Positions 45,227 to 56,561 of a stretch of DNA of 64,000 nucleotides are shown in pieces. Both the position numbers and the translations under genes were made by a program. The DNA is from Synechococcus sp. AG-670-A05 (GTDB lineage: Bacteria; Cyanobacteriota; Cyanobacteriia; PCC-6307; Cyanobiaceae). The notes under the pieces were generated by a model. It did not search any database and had not been told where the DNA came from. It was given only the letters and a program-made list of their open reading frames with translations. How positions within the stretch are numbered: the stretch's first letter is position 1; the number at the start of each line of letters is the position of its first letter. The DNA lies in assembly GCA_003211535.1 (NCBI GenBank), contig QCSJ01000001.1:8253-72252 (forward strand), read 5' to 3'.

Positions 45227-46398
45227 TTCACCTGGACGCAGGCTGCAGCTCGATCAGCCTTGGCACGGGCATCCGCCAGATGTTCACCCTTTGCCAGCGC
45301 CACCCCCATGCGACGGCCCGGGCGAGCTGTTGGTTTACCGAACAGCAGCAGTTGGGTGTCGGGTTCCGTCAGAGCAGCGTCGACACCTGAGTAGCTGACA
45401 GCGTCCATATTGTCCTTGGCAAGGATGACGCGGCTTGCCGCTGCCTCGGCCGTTGTGATCGATGGGATCGGCAACCCCAGAACCGCACGGAGATGCAGTT
45501 CGAACTCACTCAGGTTCTGGCTGATCAACGTCACCAGCCCGGTGTCGTGGGGTCTTGGGGAGAGTTCCGAAAAGATCACCTCATCACCGCAGAGGAAAAA
45601 CTCCACACCGAACAGGCCGGTCCCTCCCAGGTTTTGGGTCACGGTCCGGGCCATGGTCTGGGCCTGCTGCAGCTGATTGGCTGTGAGCGTTGCCGGCTGC
45701 CAGCTGCACTGGTAATCACCTTGTTCCTGTTCGTGGCCGATCGGTGCGCAGAACAGGGTCTCGCCGTTGTGCTGGCGGATGGTCAGCAGCGTGATTTCGA
45801 GTTCAAAGCGGAGATATTCCTCCACAATCACGCGGGGGGAGGTTCCCCTGGCACTGGTCATCGCTGCTTCCCAGGCTTGGTCCAGGCCATCCGGTCCTTC
45901 AACAACGCTTTGCCCTTTACCAGATGAGCTCATCACCGGCTTCACCACCACCGGCCAGCCCAGGGCGGGAGCCACGTCAGCCAGCTCCTCTGCACTGGCG
46001 GCAAAGGCGAAGCGAGCCGTTCGCAGAGCGAGTTCTCCTGCCGCTAGTTCTCGGATCCTGTCCCGGTTCATCGTCACGGCTGTGGCCCGGGCCGTCGGAA
46101 TAATCGTGATGCCACCATGTTCGAGCTCTGCCAGGGCTGAAACCGCCAGAGCCTCGATCTCGGGAATCACCACGTCCGGTTGGTGGCGTCGCACCACGTC
46201 GCGAAGAGCCGTGGCATCATTCATCGGAAGGACTTCTGCCACATCAGCCACCTGCATCGCGGGTGCCTCCGCATAGCGATCGCAGGCGATGATCCTGCAG
46301 CCGAGCCGCTGCGCGGCGATAGCTACCTCCTTGCCGAGTTCACCGCTGCCCAGAAGCATCACTGTGCGCGGAAAACTGGCCATGGGTCGGTCCGGCAA
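45217..46398 (-). CDS. purT: Formate-dependent phosphoribosylglycinamide formyltransferase
   Basis: LLGSGELGKE, PEIEA, KPVMSSSGKGQS, SPRPHDTG and FGKP..RPGRRMGV motifs. Confidence 0.96.
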   Translation of the reverse strand: MPDRPMASFPRTVMLLGSGELGKEVAIAAQRLGCRIIACDRYAEAPAMQVADVAEVLPMNDATALRDVVRRHQPDVVIPEIEALAVSALAELEHGGITIIPTARATAVTMNRDRIRELAAGELALRTARFAFAASAEELADVAPALGWPVVVKPVMSSSGKGQSVVEGPDGLDQAWEAAMTSARGTSPRVIVEEYLRFELEITLLTIRQHNGETLFCAPIGHEQEQGDYQCSWQPATLTANQLQQAQTMARTVTQNLGGTGLFGVEFFLCGDEVIFSELSPRPHDTGLVTLISQNLSEFELHLRAVLGLPIPSITTAEAAASRVILAKDNMDAVSYSGVDAALTEPDTQLLLFGKPTARPGRRMGVALAKGEHLADARAKADRAAACVQVNQR

Positions 46399-46501
46399 GG
46401 GATTTCACCATCATTGATCAGCGTAACTCCGGTCTTTTTGAAGCGTCGTTTCGTCGCACCTTGGGTTTGCTACTTCGAAGAAAGACAGGACCAATCCGGA
46501 G

Positions 46502-47063
46502 GTGAATCGATGCTTGTTGGTGGCTGATGCATCGTTGCTCTGCTTCATCAATCCGGCAGTGGTGCTGGCCCGAGCACCCGACCCGATTCCACCGCAGGCG
46601 GTCTGGATGAATGATGCCAGTGCACTGGCTTTGTTGCCGGATGCACTGCTGCAGCGACGGGGACTGCAACTGGTTCTGCATCGCAGCAGTCGTCAGCTGC
46701 TTGTTCTGGATCACGGCCGTTTGCGGCTGCGGGTGCCGGCGGCTGGGAAACACCTATCGGTGAACACAGCGTTCTGTTCAAAACGGCTGACTCGACCTGG
46801 AAGCATCCGTCCATGGGTGCTCTGGTGGCTCCCGGTGGTCGGAATCCCCTGGGTAGTCGCTGGATTGCTTTTCACCAGGACTGTTCCAACCCCGGACGTT
46901 GGGATGGGGAGAAAGTGGTTCAGGTGACGGGTTGTTCTCATTTAGGTCTGCATGGACCGCCGGTCGTGCGGTCTCCCATGGATGTGTCCGTCTTTATGAC
47001 GAGGACATCCGCACCGTTTTTGATCTGGTCCGCCTCGACACGCCGTTGGTCGTCTTGCCCTGA
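46502..47063 (+). pseudogene. Frameshifted L,D-transpeptidase (YkuD/ErfK family)
   Basis: Three frames: signal peptide plus LVLHRSSRQLLVL; then GWETPIG...NPLGSRWI...GLHG; then GRAVSHGCVRLYDEDIRTVFDLVRLDTPLVVLP* (TGA 47061). Shifts near 46740 and 46957. Confidence 0.88.
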
Positions 47064-47089
47064 ACAGCGCCCATCGATAAAGCCCTGAT

Positions 47090-47310
47090 GTCAACCAGGG
47101 CTGCAGCGTGATCTTCGTGTTCAGCTCAGTCACCAGTGTCTCTGAACGGGAGCTGGGGAGTATGCGGCTTCGGGGGCTTTGGCGCTTTAGGCCTGGGTGC
47201 AGGCCGGAGTGTTCATGTACTAGCTGAGCAGTGAAGTGTTCTGATGGAAGTCGCCCTGCTGGTTGGAATTGCAGACCTTCATCGCACCTTGCAGGCGCTT
47301 ACAGGCCAGC
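47090..47310 (-). pseudogene. Possible remnant of a small Pro/Lys-rich protein gene
   Basis: Minus strand KRLQGAMKVCNSNQQGDFHQNTSLLS*YMNTPAAPRPKAPKPPKP, then a shifted ETLVTELNTKITLQ; protein-like but broken. Confidence 0.3.
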
Positions 47311-47320
47311 CGCTGATCTA

Positions 47321-47488
47321 TCAGTTCGATCCTGACTGGCCTTGTCTCCGGATTTCACCGATCAACCAGACCCCCATGAAGCCCAGTGAGGAGATTCCGA
47401 AATAAATCAAGACCCACTTAAGGACTCGGTCCGGGTCCGCTGCTGCCGATGACAGGAGATCGGCAGTGCGATCAAGAAGCGTCTCCAT
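47321..47488 (-). CDS. Small single-pass membrane protein (55 aa, not in the ORF track)
   Basis: METLLDRTADLLSSAAADPDRVLKWVLIYFGISSLGFMGVWLIGEIRRQGQSGSN*; ATG overlaps the upstream TAA (TAATG). Confidence 0.72.
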   Translation of the reverse strand: METLLDRTADLLSSAAADPDRVLKWVLIYFGISSLGFMGVWLIGEIRRQGQSGSN

Positions 47489-47736
47489 TAGGTGTCGAGG
47501 TCGGGGATCAGAGTGAGTTGGCGCACGGGGGATTCCTCACTCACAAAACCCCAGGCCTCGAACACTGAAGGATCGGGATGGGTGATGCGTTGTTGATCTC
47601 CGCGCCGTTCGAGTCGGAAGCCCTGTTCCGCCATGCGACGCATCAGGCTGGCGGACTCTTCAAACCGCGCCGCCATCGCTTCGAGGCTGGTGCAGTCCGT
47701 AGTGAGTCCTGATTCCCTCCAGGTGAAATAGGTCAT
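47488..47736 (-). CDS. Conserved hypothetical protein
   Basis: MTYFTWRESGL... from ATG 47736, just after the mraY stop; operon-like spacing. Confidence 0.75.
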   Translation of the reverse strand: MTYFTWRESGLTTDCTSLEAMAARFEESASLMRRMAEQGFRLERRGDQQRITHPDPSVFEAWGFVSEESPVRQLTLIPDLDT

Positions 47737-47740
47737 CGGT

Positions 47741-48847
47741 TCAGATGGTCGGGCGAAGCGCGATCCCCAGCAGCACGAAGCCGGCTGTGACAAGCCAAAA
47801 GCATGGCACTACTGTGCGTTCGCTGGTGCCGACCAGCTCGAAGTGATGGTGCAGCGGCGCCATCCGGAACACCCTTCGTCCTTGACCATCCGGCCCCTTG
47901 GTGGCTTTGAACACCCACACCTGGATGATCACTGACAGGGACTCCGCCAGAAAGACACCACCCATCACCAGCAAAGGCCAGAGACTGTCTGACAGCAGGG
48001 CCACGCCACTGAGGGCAGCTCCCATGGCGAGGGAGCCGGTGTCCCCCATAAAGGCCCGTGCGGGATGGCGGTTGTGCATCAGGAATCCGAGCCAGGCGCC
48101 GGCCATGGCCATGCAGAAGCCCGCCAGTGCTGGATCACCGTTATGCCCCCTCAGCATCAATTGCACTGCCATTCCCAGGAACACCAGAGCGCCGCAACCG
48201 CTTGCCAGTCCATCCAGCCCATCGGTGAGGTTGGTGGCGTTGCTTTCGGCCAGGAACACAAAAAGTCCCAGGGGCCAGATCAGTAAACCGATAGGAAGAC
48301 TCCAACCGAAGGGAAGGGACACCGCGCTACTGATCCAGCCCTGCCATGCTGCCGCCGCAAGGAACAGAACCCCCATCAGGCTTTGCAGCAGTAACTTGCC
48401 GCGGGGTGTGAGACCGGTGTTGGTTTGGCGTGTGAGGCTGCGCCAATCATCAAAACCACCGACCACCATGTAGGCCAGGGTGATGCTGGAAACAGCCAGC
48501 AGCTGCTTTGCCGATGTTCCCTCGAGGCTGATCAATCCTCCAATAATCGTGCCCACAGGCACCACCAACAGCCCCCCCATCGTGGGGGTCCCTGACTTGG
48601 ACTGATGGGCCTTGGGGCCCTCCTCCCGGATCACCTGACCCATCTTCAAGGCCTTAAGCCGGGGGATGCCGGCTGCAGCAACTAGAGCAGAGACTGCGGT
48701 GGAGATGAGCAGAGGCAGCGTCAGCTGACTGTTGGGCACCCATTTGTCTGACGCCAGACTGACCGCCAGAACAACCATCGTAAGTAGTGATGCACTGGCG
48801 GTGCCGTTCTCCCACAATGGGCGAGGACGGTTGCTGACGTCAGTCAC
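47741..48847 (-). CDS. mraY: Phospho-N-acetylmuramoyl-pentapeptide transferase
   Basis: [30 protein letters not shown] and MAPLHHHFE motifs. Confidence 0.96.
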   Translation of the reverse strand: MTDVSNRPRPLWENGTASASLLTMVVLAVSLASDKWVPNSQLTLPLLISTAVSALVAAAGIPRLKALKMGQVIREEGPKAHQSKSGTPTMGGLLVVPVGTIIGGLISLEGTSAKQLLAVSSITLAYMVVGGFDDWRSLTRQTNTGLTPRGKLLLQSLMGVLFLAAAAWQGWISSAVSLPFGWSLPIGLLIWPLGLFVFLAESNATNLTDGLDGLASGCGALVFLGMAVQLMLRGHNGDPALAGFCMAMAGAWLGFLMHNRHPARAFMGDTGSLAMGAALSGVALLSDSLWPLLVMGGVFLAESLSVIIQVWVFKATKGPDGQGRRVFRMAPLHHHFELVGTSERTVVPCFWLVTAGFVLLGIALRPTI

Positions 48848-48915
48848 AACAAAAGCTGCCGCTGCGCTGGGACCCTAGAGGAGCTGTCCGAAAGGGACCA
48901 GGACAGGATCGGACG

Positions 48916-49167
48916 TCAGTCCTCCCACTGCTCCTCGTTCTGCTCGTCAGCGTTGTTGTAATCCTCCTTCTCACCCATCAGTGCCGAGAGTTCTTCTTCT
49001 TCAACTGTGCTCACTTCGGGAGAAGCGGATTCCTCATCAGCTACTAGCCTGCCACTGGCTTCAAGCCAGCTCAGCAGATCAGGCTCCTCACGCAGGGGCA
49101 GCACCGGGGCCGGATCCCTGCGTCCATAGCGCGTCAGGGAGGGGTTGATGCTGTCGAGAGCGCTCAT
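48916..49167 (-). CDS. DUF3134-like conserved cyanobacterial protein
   Basis: NPSL.RY.R..PA.VLPL.EE..LL.WLE.SGRL pattern, acidic tail; start ATG 49167. Confidence 0.78.
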   Translation of the reverse strand: MSALDSINPSLTRYGRRDPAPVLPLREEPDLLSWLEASGRLVADEESASPEVSTVEEEELSALMGEKEDYNNADEQNEEQWED

Positions 49168-49202
49168 CGTTGAGGACACAGTCCAATACAACAACATAGT
49201 TC

Positions 49203-49454
49203 ATGCCCTGGATTACACCCATGCGTGACGTTGTGGTGCTGCTGATCAGCTGGGTTTCGGCGTTGTTGATCAGCTCGGGTCTGCGCTTCTGGGGTGATCG
49301 GCATCCTGCGGCGCTGCAGGCGCCGTGGGCTGTTGTTCTGGCCATCGTGTTGCTGCCGGCGTTGCTGATGGTGGGGTGGCTGCTGCTGTCCGCAGCATGG
49401 TCCTGGGACGGTGAAGGGGGAGAATCAGTCGATTCTGATCAGGAGACCCGTTGA
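49203..49454 (+). CDS. Small two-TM membrane protein
   Basis: Two hydrophobic helices; stop overlaps the argG start. Confidence 0.7.
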   Translation: MPWITPMRDVVVLLISWVSALLISSGLRFWGDRHPAALQAPWAVVLAIVLLPALLMVGWLLLSAAWSWDGEGGESVDSDQETR

Positions 49455-50665
49455 TGGGCCGCGCCAACAAGGTGGTTCTCGCCTACTCCGGCGGGGTGGA
49501 TACCAGCGTCTGTATTCCCTACTTGAAGCAGGAGTGGGGTGTTGAGGATGTCATTACCTTCGCTGCTGACTTAGGCCAGGGGGATGAGCTGGAGCCGATT
49601 CGTCAGAAGGCTCTGGATGCCGGTGCGAGTCAGTCGTTAGTGGGGGATCTGATTCAGCCCTTCATCGAGGACTTTGCCTTCCCGGCGATCCGCGCCAATG
49701 CTCTATACGAGGGTCGCTACCCCCTCTCCACGGCACTGGCCCGGCCGTTGATCGCCCGTCGATTGGTGGAGGTGGCCCGTGAGGTGGGTGCTGATGCCGT
49801 AGCCCATGGTTGCACCGGCAAGGGCAATGACCAGGTGCGCTTCGATGTGGCGATTGCGGCGCTCGCTCCCGATCTGAAGGTGCTCACCCCTGCCAGGGAG
49901 TGGGGCATGAGTCGTGAGGAGACCATCGCCTATGGCGAGCGTTGCGGAATCCCAGCGCCGGTGAGCAAGAAATCGCCCTACTCGATCGATCTCAACCTTC
50001 TGGGTCGCAGCATCGAGGCCGGACCCCTTGAAGATCCGATGGTGGCTCCTCCGGAGGAGGTTTTCGCTATTACGTCACCGATGTCGGAGACGCCGGATGC
50101 AGCTGAGGATGTCGAGATTGTTTTCGATGCCGGCAATCCTGTCGCCATCAATGGCCAGAACTTGGATCCGGTGGCGATGATCCGCGAAGCCAACCGTCTG
50201 GCGGGCAGCCACGGCATCGGTCGGCTCGACATGATCGAGAACCGGGTGGTGGGGATCAAATCCCGAGAGATCTACGAAACACCGGGGTTGCTCCTGTTGA
50301 TCCAGGCCCACCAGGAACTGGAGAGTTTGACGTTGGCTGCGGATGTTCTGCGCAGTAAGCGACAGCTGGAGATGCAGTGGGCTGATCTGGTGTACCAGGG
50401 CCTCTGGTTCGGGCCGCTGAAGGATGCATTGGACGGTTTCATGGACCGCACCCAGCAGCACGTCAACGGCGTCGTGCGCTTGCGTCTGCACAAAGGCAAC
50501 GCCACTGTTATCGGCCGCGGTTCAATCCGGAGCAGTCTTTACGTTCCGGAGATGGCGTCTTACGGCAGCGAGGACACGTTCGACCACCGTGCCGCCGAGG
50601 GATTTATTTATATCTGGGGACTGCCGACCCGTCTCTGGGCTGCATCACAGCGGACATCAAGCTGA
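49454..50665 (+). CDS. argG: Argininosuccinate synthase
   Basis: [33 protein letters not shown] and [11 protein letters not shown] motifs. Confidence 0.97.
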   Translation: MGRANKVVLAYSGGVDTSVCIPYLKQEWGVEDVITFAADLGQGDELEPIRQKALDAGASQSLVGDLIQPFIEDFAFPAIRANALYEGRYPLSTALARPLIARRLVEVAREVGADAVAHGCTGKGNDQVRFDVAIAALAPDLKVLTPAREWGMSREETIAYGERCGIPAPVSKKSPYSIDLNLLGRSIEAGPLEDPMVAPPEEVFAITSPMSETPDAAEDVEIVFDAGNPVAINGQNLDPVAMIREANRLAGSHGIGRLDMIENRVVGIKSREIYETPGLLLLIQAHQELESLTLAADVLRSKRQLEMQWADLVYQGLWFGPLKDALDGFMDRTQQHVNGVVRLRLHKGNATVIGRGSIRSSLYVPEMASYGSEDTFDHRAAEGFIYIWGLPTRLWAASQRTSS

Positions 50666-50723
50666 TCGCCACAGGCCTAAACCCCGAAGTTTCGGTAACC
50701 TAAATTAAGCATGGATAATCACG

Positions 50724-50999
50724 TTGTTTGGACGACGTACCGCGCTCTGTAACTCGGAAGGAGTCAGAGCCGGAGGTTGGAAAGCCTCTGATTGGTCCAA
50801 CCGTTTGTCCAGCGTTTTTAGCACTCCACTAACGGCTCGAACCGTTAGTGAAATTTACGTTCGAATAATTCGGGAAGATCGTAAAGAAGCTGCTCTCATA
50901 GACCTTTTTCTGACTTTTTAACTCCTTAATGCGTTCTTGCAGGAGTTCATGTTTCGTTGATTCGGGGACTCCGGTACCCAGAGCGGTTCAGGAGCCTGA
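50724..50999 (+). pseudogene. Probable pseudogene of a ~90-aa hypothetical protein
   Basis: The 65-aa ORF continues in frame past TAA 50919 and TGA 50958 as LLNAFLQEFMFR*FGDSGTQSGSGA*; region is AT-richer than its flanks. Confidence 0.4.
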
Positions 51000-51016
51000 T
51001 TCTCCAAAGCATCCTG

Positions 51017-51049
51017 GGTCATGATCCGAAGCTATTTCGGATCATGACC
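51017..51049. terminator. Perfect 14-bp inverted repeat, probable terminator or stabilising hairpin for rpsF
   Basis: GGTCATGATCCGAA-GCTAT-TTCGGATCATGACC, 12 nt beyond the rpsF stop; no strong U-tract. Confidence 0.65.
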
Positions 51050-51061
51050 TCGACAACGGTG

Positions 51062-51445
51062 TCAGGACGACGCTTCTGAGCTGGCTGCAGGTTGTTCCTG
51101 CGGAGCGGCAGCGGGTTCGCTTCCAGGAACGACCCGTGGAGCAGGAAGAGGACCCTCCTGCTTCACCGTGAGGTAGCGGATCACGTCCTCACTCAGGCGC
51201 ATGGCCTTTTCAAGGACAGCCACCTGTTGGCCATCGCCGTTATGGCTCAGCTGCACATAGATGCCTTCTTTGTGCTTAGCGATCGGATAGGCCAGGCGGC
51301 GCTTGCCGCGCATCTGGTTGTCCAGTACATCCGCACCGGCTTCCACCAACATGTCGCGGTATTTGATGAGGTGGCTCTCAACTTCCTCCTCCGGGATGTC
51401 CGGGCGAAGGATGTACATGGTTTCGTAGTACGGATCGAGCGTCAT
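51062..51445 (-). CDS. rpsF: 30S ribosomal protein S6
   Basis: [19 protein letters not shown] and [10 protein letters not shown] motifs; start ATG 51445. Confidence 0.97.
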   Translation of the reverse strand: MTLDPYYETMYILRPDIPEEEVESHLIKYRDMLVEAGADVLDNQMRGKRRLAYPIAKHKEGIYVQLSHNGDGQQVAVLEKAMRLSEDVIRYLTVKQEGPLPAPRVVPGSEPAAAPQEQPAASSEASS

Positions 51446-51522
51446 GGGCTGTGCCGACGGGGACTGCAGGCTCACTTCGGTGAGCGACGGATCCTGTACC
51501 TTATCCCCCAGACCTCCTTATC

Positions 51523-52005
51523 TCAGTAGAGCTGCATTCGAACAGCCTGGCTGATGCCCGGAAGATCGGGTTCACGGCCCCGCAGGCATTCCACAAGCGA
51601 GAAGAGCAGGATCGCCAGAACGGCAACGACGATTGCGCTTGAGAGTGTGCCTAGCAGCAGGCTTCCGGCTGCAATGGGTTGGAGCAAAAGGCGGAAGCCG
51701 ATGCTCAGCACAATCAGCGCAATGTCGGTGAGCAGAGCCTGCAGAGCGTTGAAGCGCAAGAAGTAAGGGACGTTTGGATTGCGTACCACGGCCAGGAAGA
51801 GCACGAAAAACAGCAGCAGGCCCCCCAGACCGAAGGGAATGCTGCGTTCCAGCTGCATCAGCGGCAAGGCTGGCAGCACCAACGGGCGCAGTAGTGGGTA
51901 CTGAAGAAACAACCCATCGGGGGCGAATCCAAAAGGGATGGCATCACTCCAAGGCAGGACATACATCAAGGGAGCTACCAGCCGTTGCCAGAGGGGGGGT
52001 TCCAT
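51523..52005 (-). CDS. Tic20/Ycf60 family membrane protein
   Basis: YVLPWSDAIPFG, LAVVRNP.VPYFLRFNALQA and AVRMQL motifs. Confidence 0.88.
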   Translation of the reverse strand: MEPPLWQRLVAPLMYVLPWSDAIPFGFAPDGLFLQYPLLRPLVLPALPLMQLERSIPFGLGGLLLFFVLFLAVVRNPNVPYFLRFNALQALLTDIALIVLSIGFRLLLQPIAAGSLLLGTLSSAIVVAVLAILLFSLVECLRGREPDLPGISQAVRMQLY

Positions 52006-52031
52006 CGTCGGCGCATTGCAATCCGCTGACG

Positions 52032-52901
52032 CTAGTTGCTTAAAGCGATTTCAGCCGCCCGGCGCATGGTGTCCACAGGAACGTCATTGATGCCGCTCCA
52101 GAGCCTCAGGGATGCGGCCCCCTGTTGAATCAGCATCTCCAGCCCGTCGATGCAACGGTGACCCCGTAGCTGGCCCCAACGCAGCCAGGCGGTGGGACGC
52201 GGTGTGTAGATCAAGTCGTAAATGGTGGCTTGATGTGGAAGCCTGTCCCAGAGATCAGGGCCAAGGGGCATGGCGTCGGCGTCACCGTGAAGGGCCATGC
52301 CCACCGGCGTAGTGTTCACCACTAGGTCAGCTTGATTCAGAAGGGTGGTCACGGCTTCATCCGTGTCGAGGCAGCAGCTCAGAGGGGCGCTCTCCAGCTG
52401 CAAGTCTGCAAGGAAGTTGAGCAGTGCCTCCGAGCGTCTTCCGATCACTTGGATGGAGGACAGTTCAAGGGTCTGCAGGCCAGCCACCACGGCTCGGGCG
52501 GAACCGCCGCATCCGAGCACCACGGCCCGCCGGTTCCGCCAGCGCTCGCTGCCGCCGAGGGGTGCCAGAAATCCTTCCACATCGGTGTTCGTGCCCCGCC
52601 AGCCATCTTTTTCGTCAGGGATGAGAGTGTTGACCGCCTGAAGTCGACGGGCCGCGTCGCTGAGCTCGTTGCAGAGGCTGGTCACAGCCTGCTTATGGGG
52701 GATGGTCACATTGAGGCCACGGCAGCCCACCGCTCTAAGCCCCTGCAGCACTTCCGGGAGATGCGTCCCGTAACAGGGCAGAGCCAGGTATCGCCAGTTG
52801 AGACCCAGCGCCTGCAGCGCAGCGTTCTGCATCGCAGGGGAGAGCGAGTGCTGCACAGGGTTGCCAAGCAGCCCAACTAGGCCAGTGCTGCCGTTGATCA
52901 T
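52032..52901 (-). CDS. aroE: Shikimate dehydrogenase
   Basis: GNPVQHSLSP, NVTIPHK, NTD, GCGGSA, NTTPVGM, DLIY and DGLEML motifs; start ATG 52901. Confidence 0.95.
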   Translation of the reverse strand: MINGSTGLVGLLGNPVQHSLSPAMQNAALQALGLNWRYLALPCYGTHLPEVLQGLRAVGCRGLNVTIPHKQAVTSLCNELSDAARRLQAVNTLIPDEKDGWRGTNTDVEGFLAPLGGSERWRNRRAVVLGCGGSARAVVAGLQTLELSSIQVIGRRSEALLNFLADLQLESAPLSCCLDTDEAVTTLLNQADLVVNTTPVGMALHGDADAMPLGPDLWDRLPHQATIYDLIYTPRPTAWLRWGQLRGHRCIDGLEMLIQQGAASLRLWSGINDVPVDTMRRAAEIALSN

Positions 52902-53016
52902 GGCCTCGTCGGAATGCCCGCCCAGCCTGCCTGTTCGGGAACCACACCTCGCCTGGGGCAGGGTCACCTGAAGAAGATAACGAAGTTTCGTTCATCCCTT
53001 CAGGAGGTTGCCACCG

Positions 53017-54930
<1,914 letters not shown>

Positions 54931-54953
54931 TCTCTTGATTCATCGATGTGTTT

Positions 54954-54974
54954 GGGTCCTACGGGGCCTTTTTT
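54954..54974 (+). terminator. Rho-independent terminator of dnaK
   Basis: GGGTCC-TACG-GGGCCT stem with a UNCG tetraloop followed by TTTTT. Confidence 0.75.
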
Positions 54975-56043
54975 ATATCGTTTTCAGAGTTGCACCGACC
55001 CATTCGGCTGTTGCCGGTGTGAGCAGAACCCCGTTGCGGTAATGACCACTTGCCAGGATCAGACCGGGTTCCAGCAGTTCAAGCAACGGTGCAGGCCGCT
55101 CCAACGGTCTTGCCCGTAGCCCAGTCCAGTGGTCGATCACTGTGGCGGATCTCAGCCATTCAGGAGCCTGGCCGTGGATGGAACGCATCACAGCGAGGGG
55201 GTCTTCGCTGGCTTCTGCGCCGGGTTCAACCGTGGCCCCCAGCAGCAGCTGATTCGGTCTATCGGGGATGAGGTTGAAGCCTTGATCCACCAGAACGGCA
55301 GGCCATTGATGCCAGTTGGTGGGTGTGTCATTTATTTCCAACCTCAAGGCTTGGCCCAGCACCGGCGTCATGGGCCGGTCGTGACCAAGGGGTGTCAGCA
55401 GTGCTGAGCTGGCTAAGGCTGCGCAAACCACAACAGCCGCGAAGAAATCGCGCTGGCCTCCTGCCCGCAACACACTCCAGCCAGCGTTGTAACGCTCGAG
55501 GGCCTCAACAGGTTCGGCGATCAGGGTCACCTGATGATCTTCAGCGGCAAGCCGTAGGGAATGCTGCAGTTTCAGGGGATCCACGCGACCGTCCAGCTCA
55601 GACCGCAGGCCACCGTGTTTCGCACCTGGCCATAGCGCGTCGAGCTCTGCGGGGGGGAGGGCCCTCAGACCGAGCTGCTGGCGTTGTTCGACCAAGTCAT
55701 CAAATCGACCTTTGGCGGCTTCACTCCCCGCGACTTGCAGCAGCGGTGTTTGGATAGCCAGGTCAGGAACGAAGCGCTGCAGCTTGCTGATCCAGCCGGG
55801 CCAGAGCTCCATGCTGCGCTTGCGCATACGCCAGCCACGACCACTGGATCGATGGAAGACGTGACCCATCAGCACTCCCAGGGATGCAGTGGTTCCGTTG
55901 AGTTCGGCTTCCGAAGTTGTCCTGCTGACTGGCTGCGTCAGGCAAGGATCTATCAATGTCACCGGATGGCCGAGGCCGCTTAGGTGCCATGCGGTGCCTA
56001 GACCAATGGACCCGGCACCGACGATGGCGACGGGACGGTTCAG
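54973..56043 (-). CDS. FAD-dependent oxidoreductase (DAO/glycine oxidase-like)
   Basis: Frame extends upstream of the listed start to VAIVGAGSIG (Rossmann motif); WTGLRARP and GHYRNGVLL motifs; start inferred at CTG 56043. Confidence 0.88.
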   Translation of the reverse strand: MNRPVAIVGAGSIGLGTAWHLSGLGHPVTLIDPCLTQPVSRTTSEAELNGTTASLGVLMGHVFHRSSGRGWRMRKRSMELWPGWISKLQRFVPDLAIQTPLLQVAGSEAAKGRFDDLVEQRQQLGLRALPPAELDALWPGAKHGGLRSELDGRVDPLKLQHSLRLAAEDHQVTLIAEPVEALERYNAGWSVLRAGGQRDFFAAVVVCAALASSALLTPLGHDRPMTPVLGQALRLEINDTPTNWHQWPAVLVDQGFNLIPDRPNQLLLGATVEPGAEASEDPLAVMRSIHGQAPEWLRSATVIDHWTGLRARPLERPAPLLELLEPGLILASGHYRNGVLLTPATAEWVGATLKTI

Positions 56044-56489
56044 CTGAAAGCCTCAGCTGGGATCACATCGGAGTACGCGTCGAAGCTGGTAGCCAGATTG
56101 CTGTACGACCGTTGAAGACGGGAGCCGTCCTGCAAACGGGCCGCTTCATCGAGGTCGGCCAGAGCTTCCTTCAACTTGCGGGCGATCTTGTCAGCATCTT
56201 TGCGCTCGGAGCGATCCAGACGCTGATTGATGTAAGACATCTCACGACCCACCTCCTGCATCGGACCATGCAGAAGGTTGCGGGTGAAGACCCAGTCCTC
56301 TTCACTGACAAGTCGGGCCAGGTCAGGCAGACGGGACTTAGTGGCTTCAAACGCAGCGGCCTGACGGCGGATTACCGCTAGGTCATTTGGGTTGATGCCT
56401 GCAGCATTGACAGCAGCCGGGGCCATCAGACCCAGGCTCAACGCGACGCAGAGGTAGATCGCGGCCAGGCGGTGCAGGGCCTTCAGCAT
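56040..56489 (-). CDS. psbQ: Photosystem II extrinsic protein PsbQ (CyanoQ)
   Basis: Signal peptide; DWVFTRNLLHGPM motif; four-helix-bundle pattern. Confidence 0.88.
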   Translation of the reverse strand: MLKALHRLAAIYLCVALSLGLMAPAAVNAAGINPNDLAVIRRQAAAFEATKSRLPDLARLVSEEDWVFTRNLLHGPMQEVGREMSYINQRLDRSERKDADKIARKLKEALADLDEAARLQDGSRLQRSYSNLATSFDAYSDVIPAEAFS

Positions 56490-56561
56490 GGTCAGGAAAA
56501 AATCTCAAGGACTTTAACCAGCCGTTTCTACGCGGGAGAATCTGCTTTTCAAACCTTCGTC

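Noticed and set aside
50818-50844. TTAGCACTC, the left half of a CIRCE element
   Set aside because: The right arm GAGTGCTAA is absent after 9 nt, and the site is not upstream of a chaperone gene
107-50999. Stop-codon reassignment or programmed frameshifting as the explanation for broken ORFs
   Set aside because: All three stop types, indels and deletions co-occur, and intact genes end normally in TAG, TAA and TGA; decay is the simpler explanation
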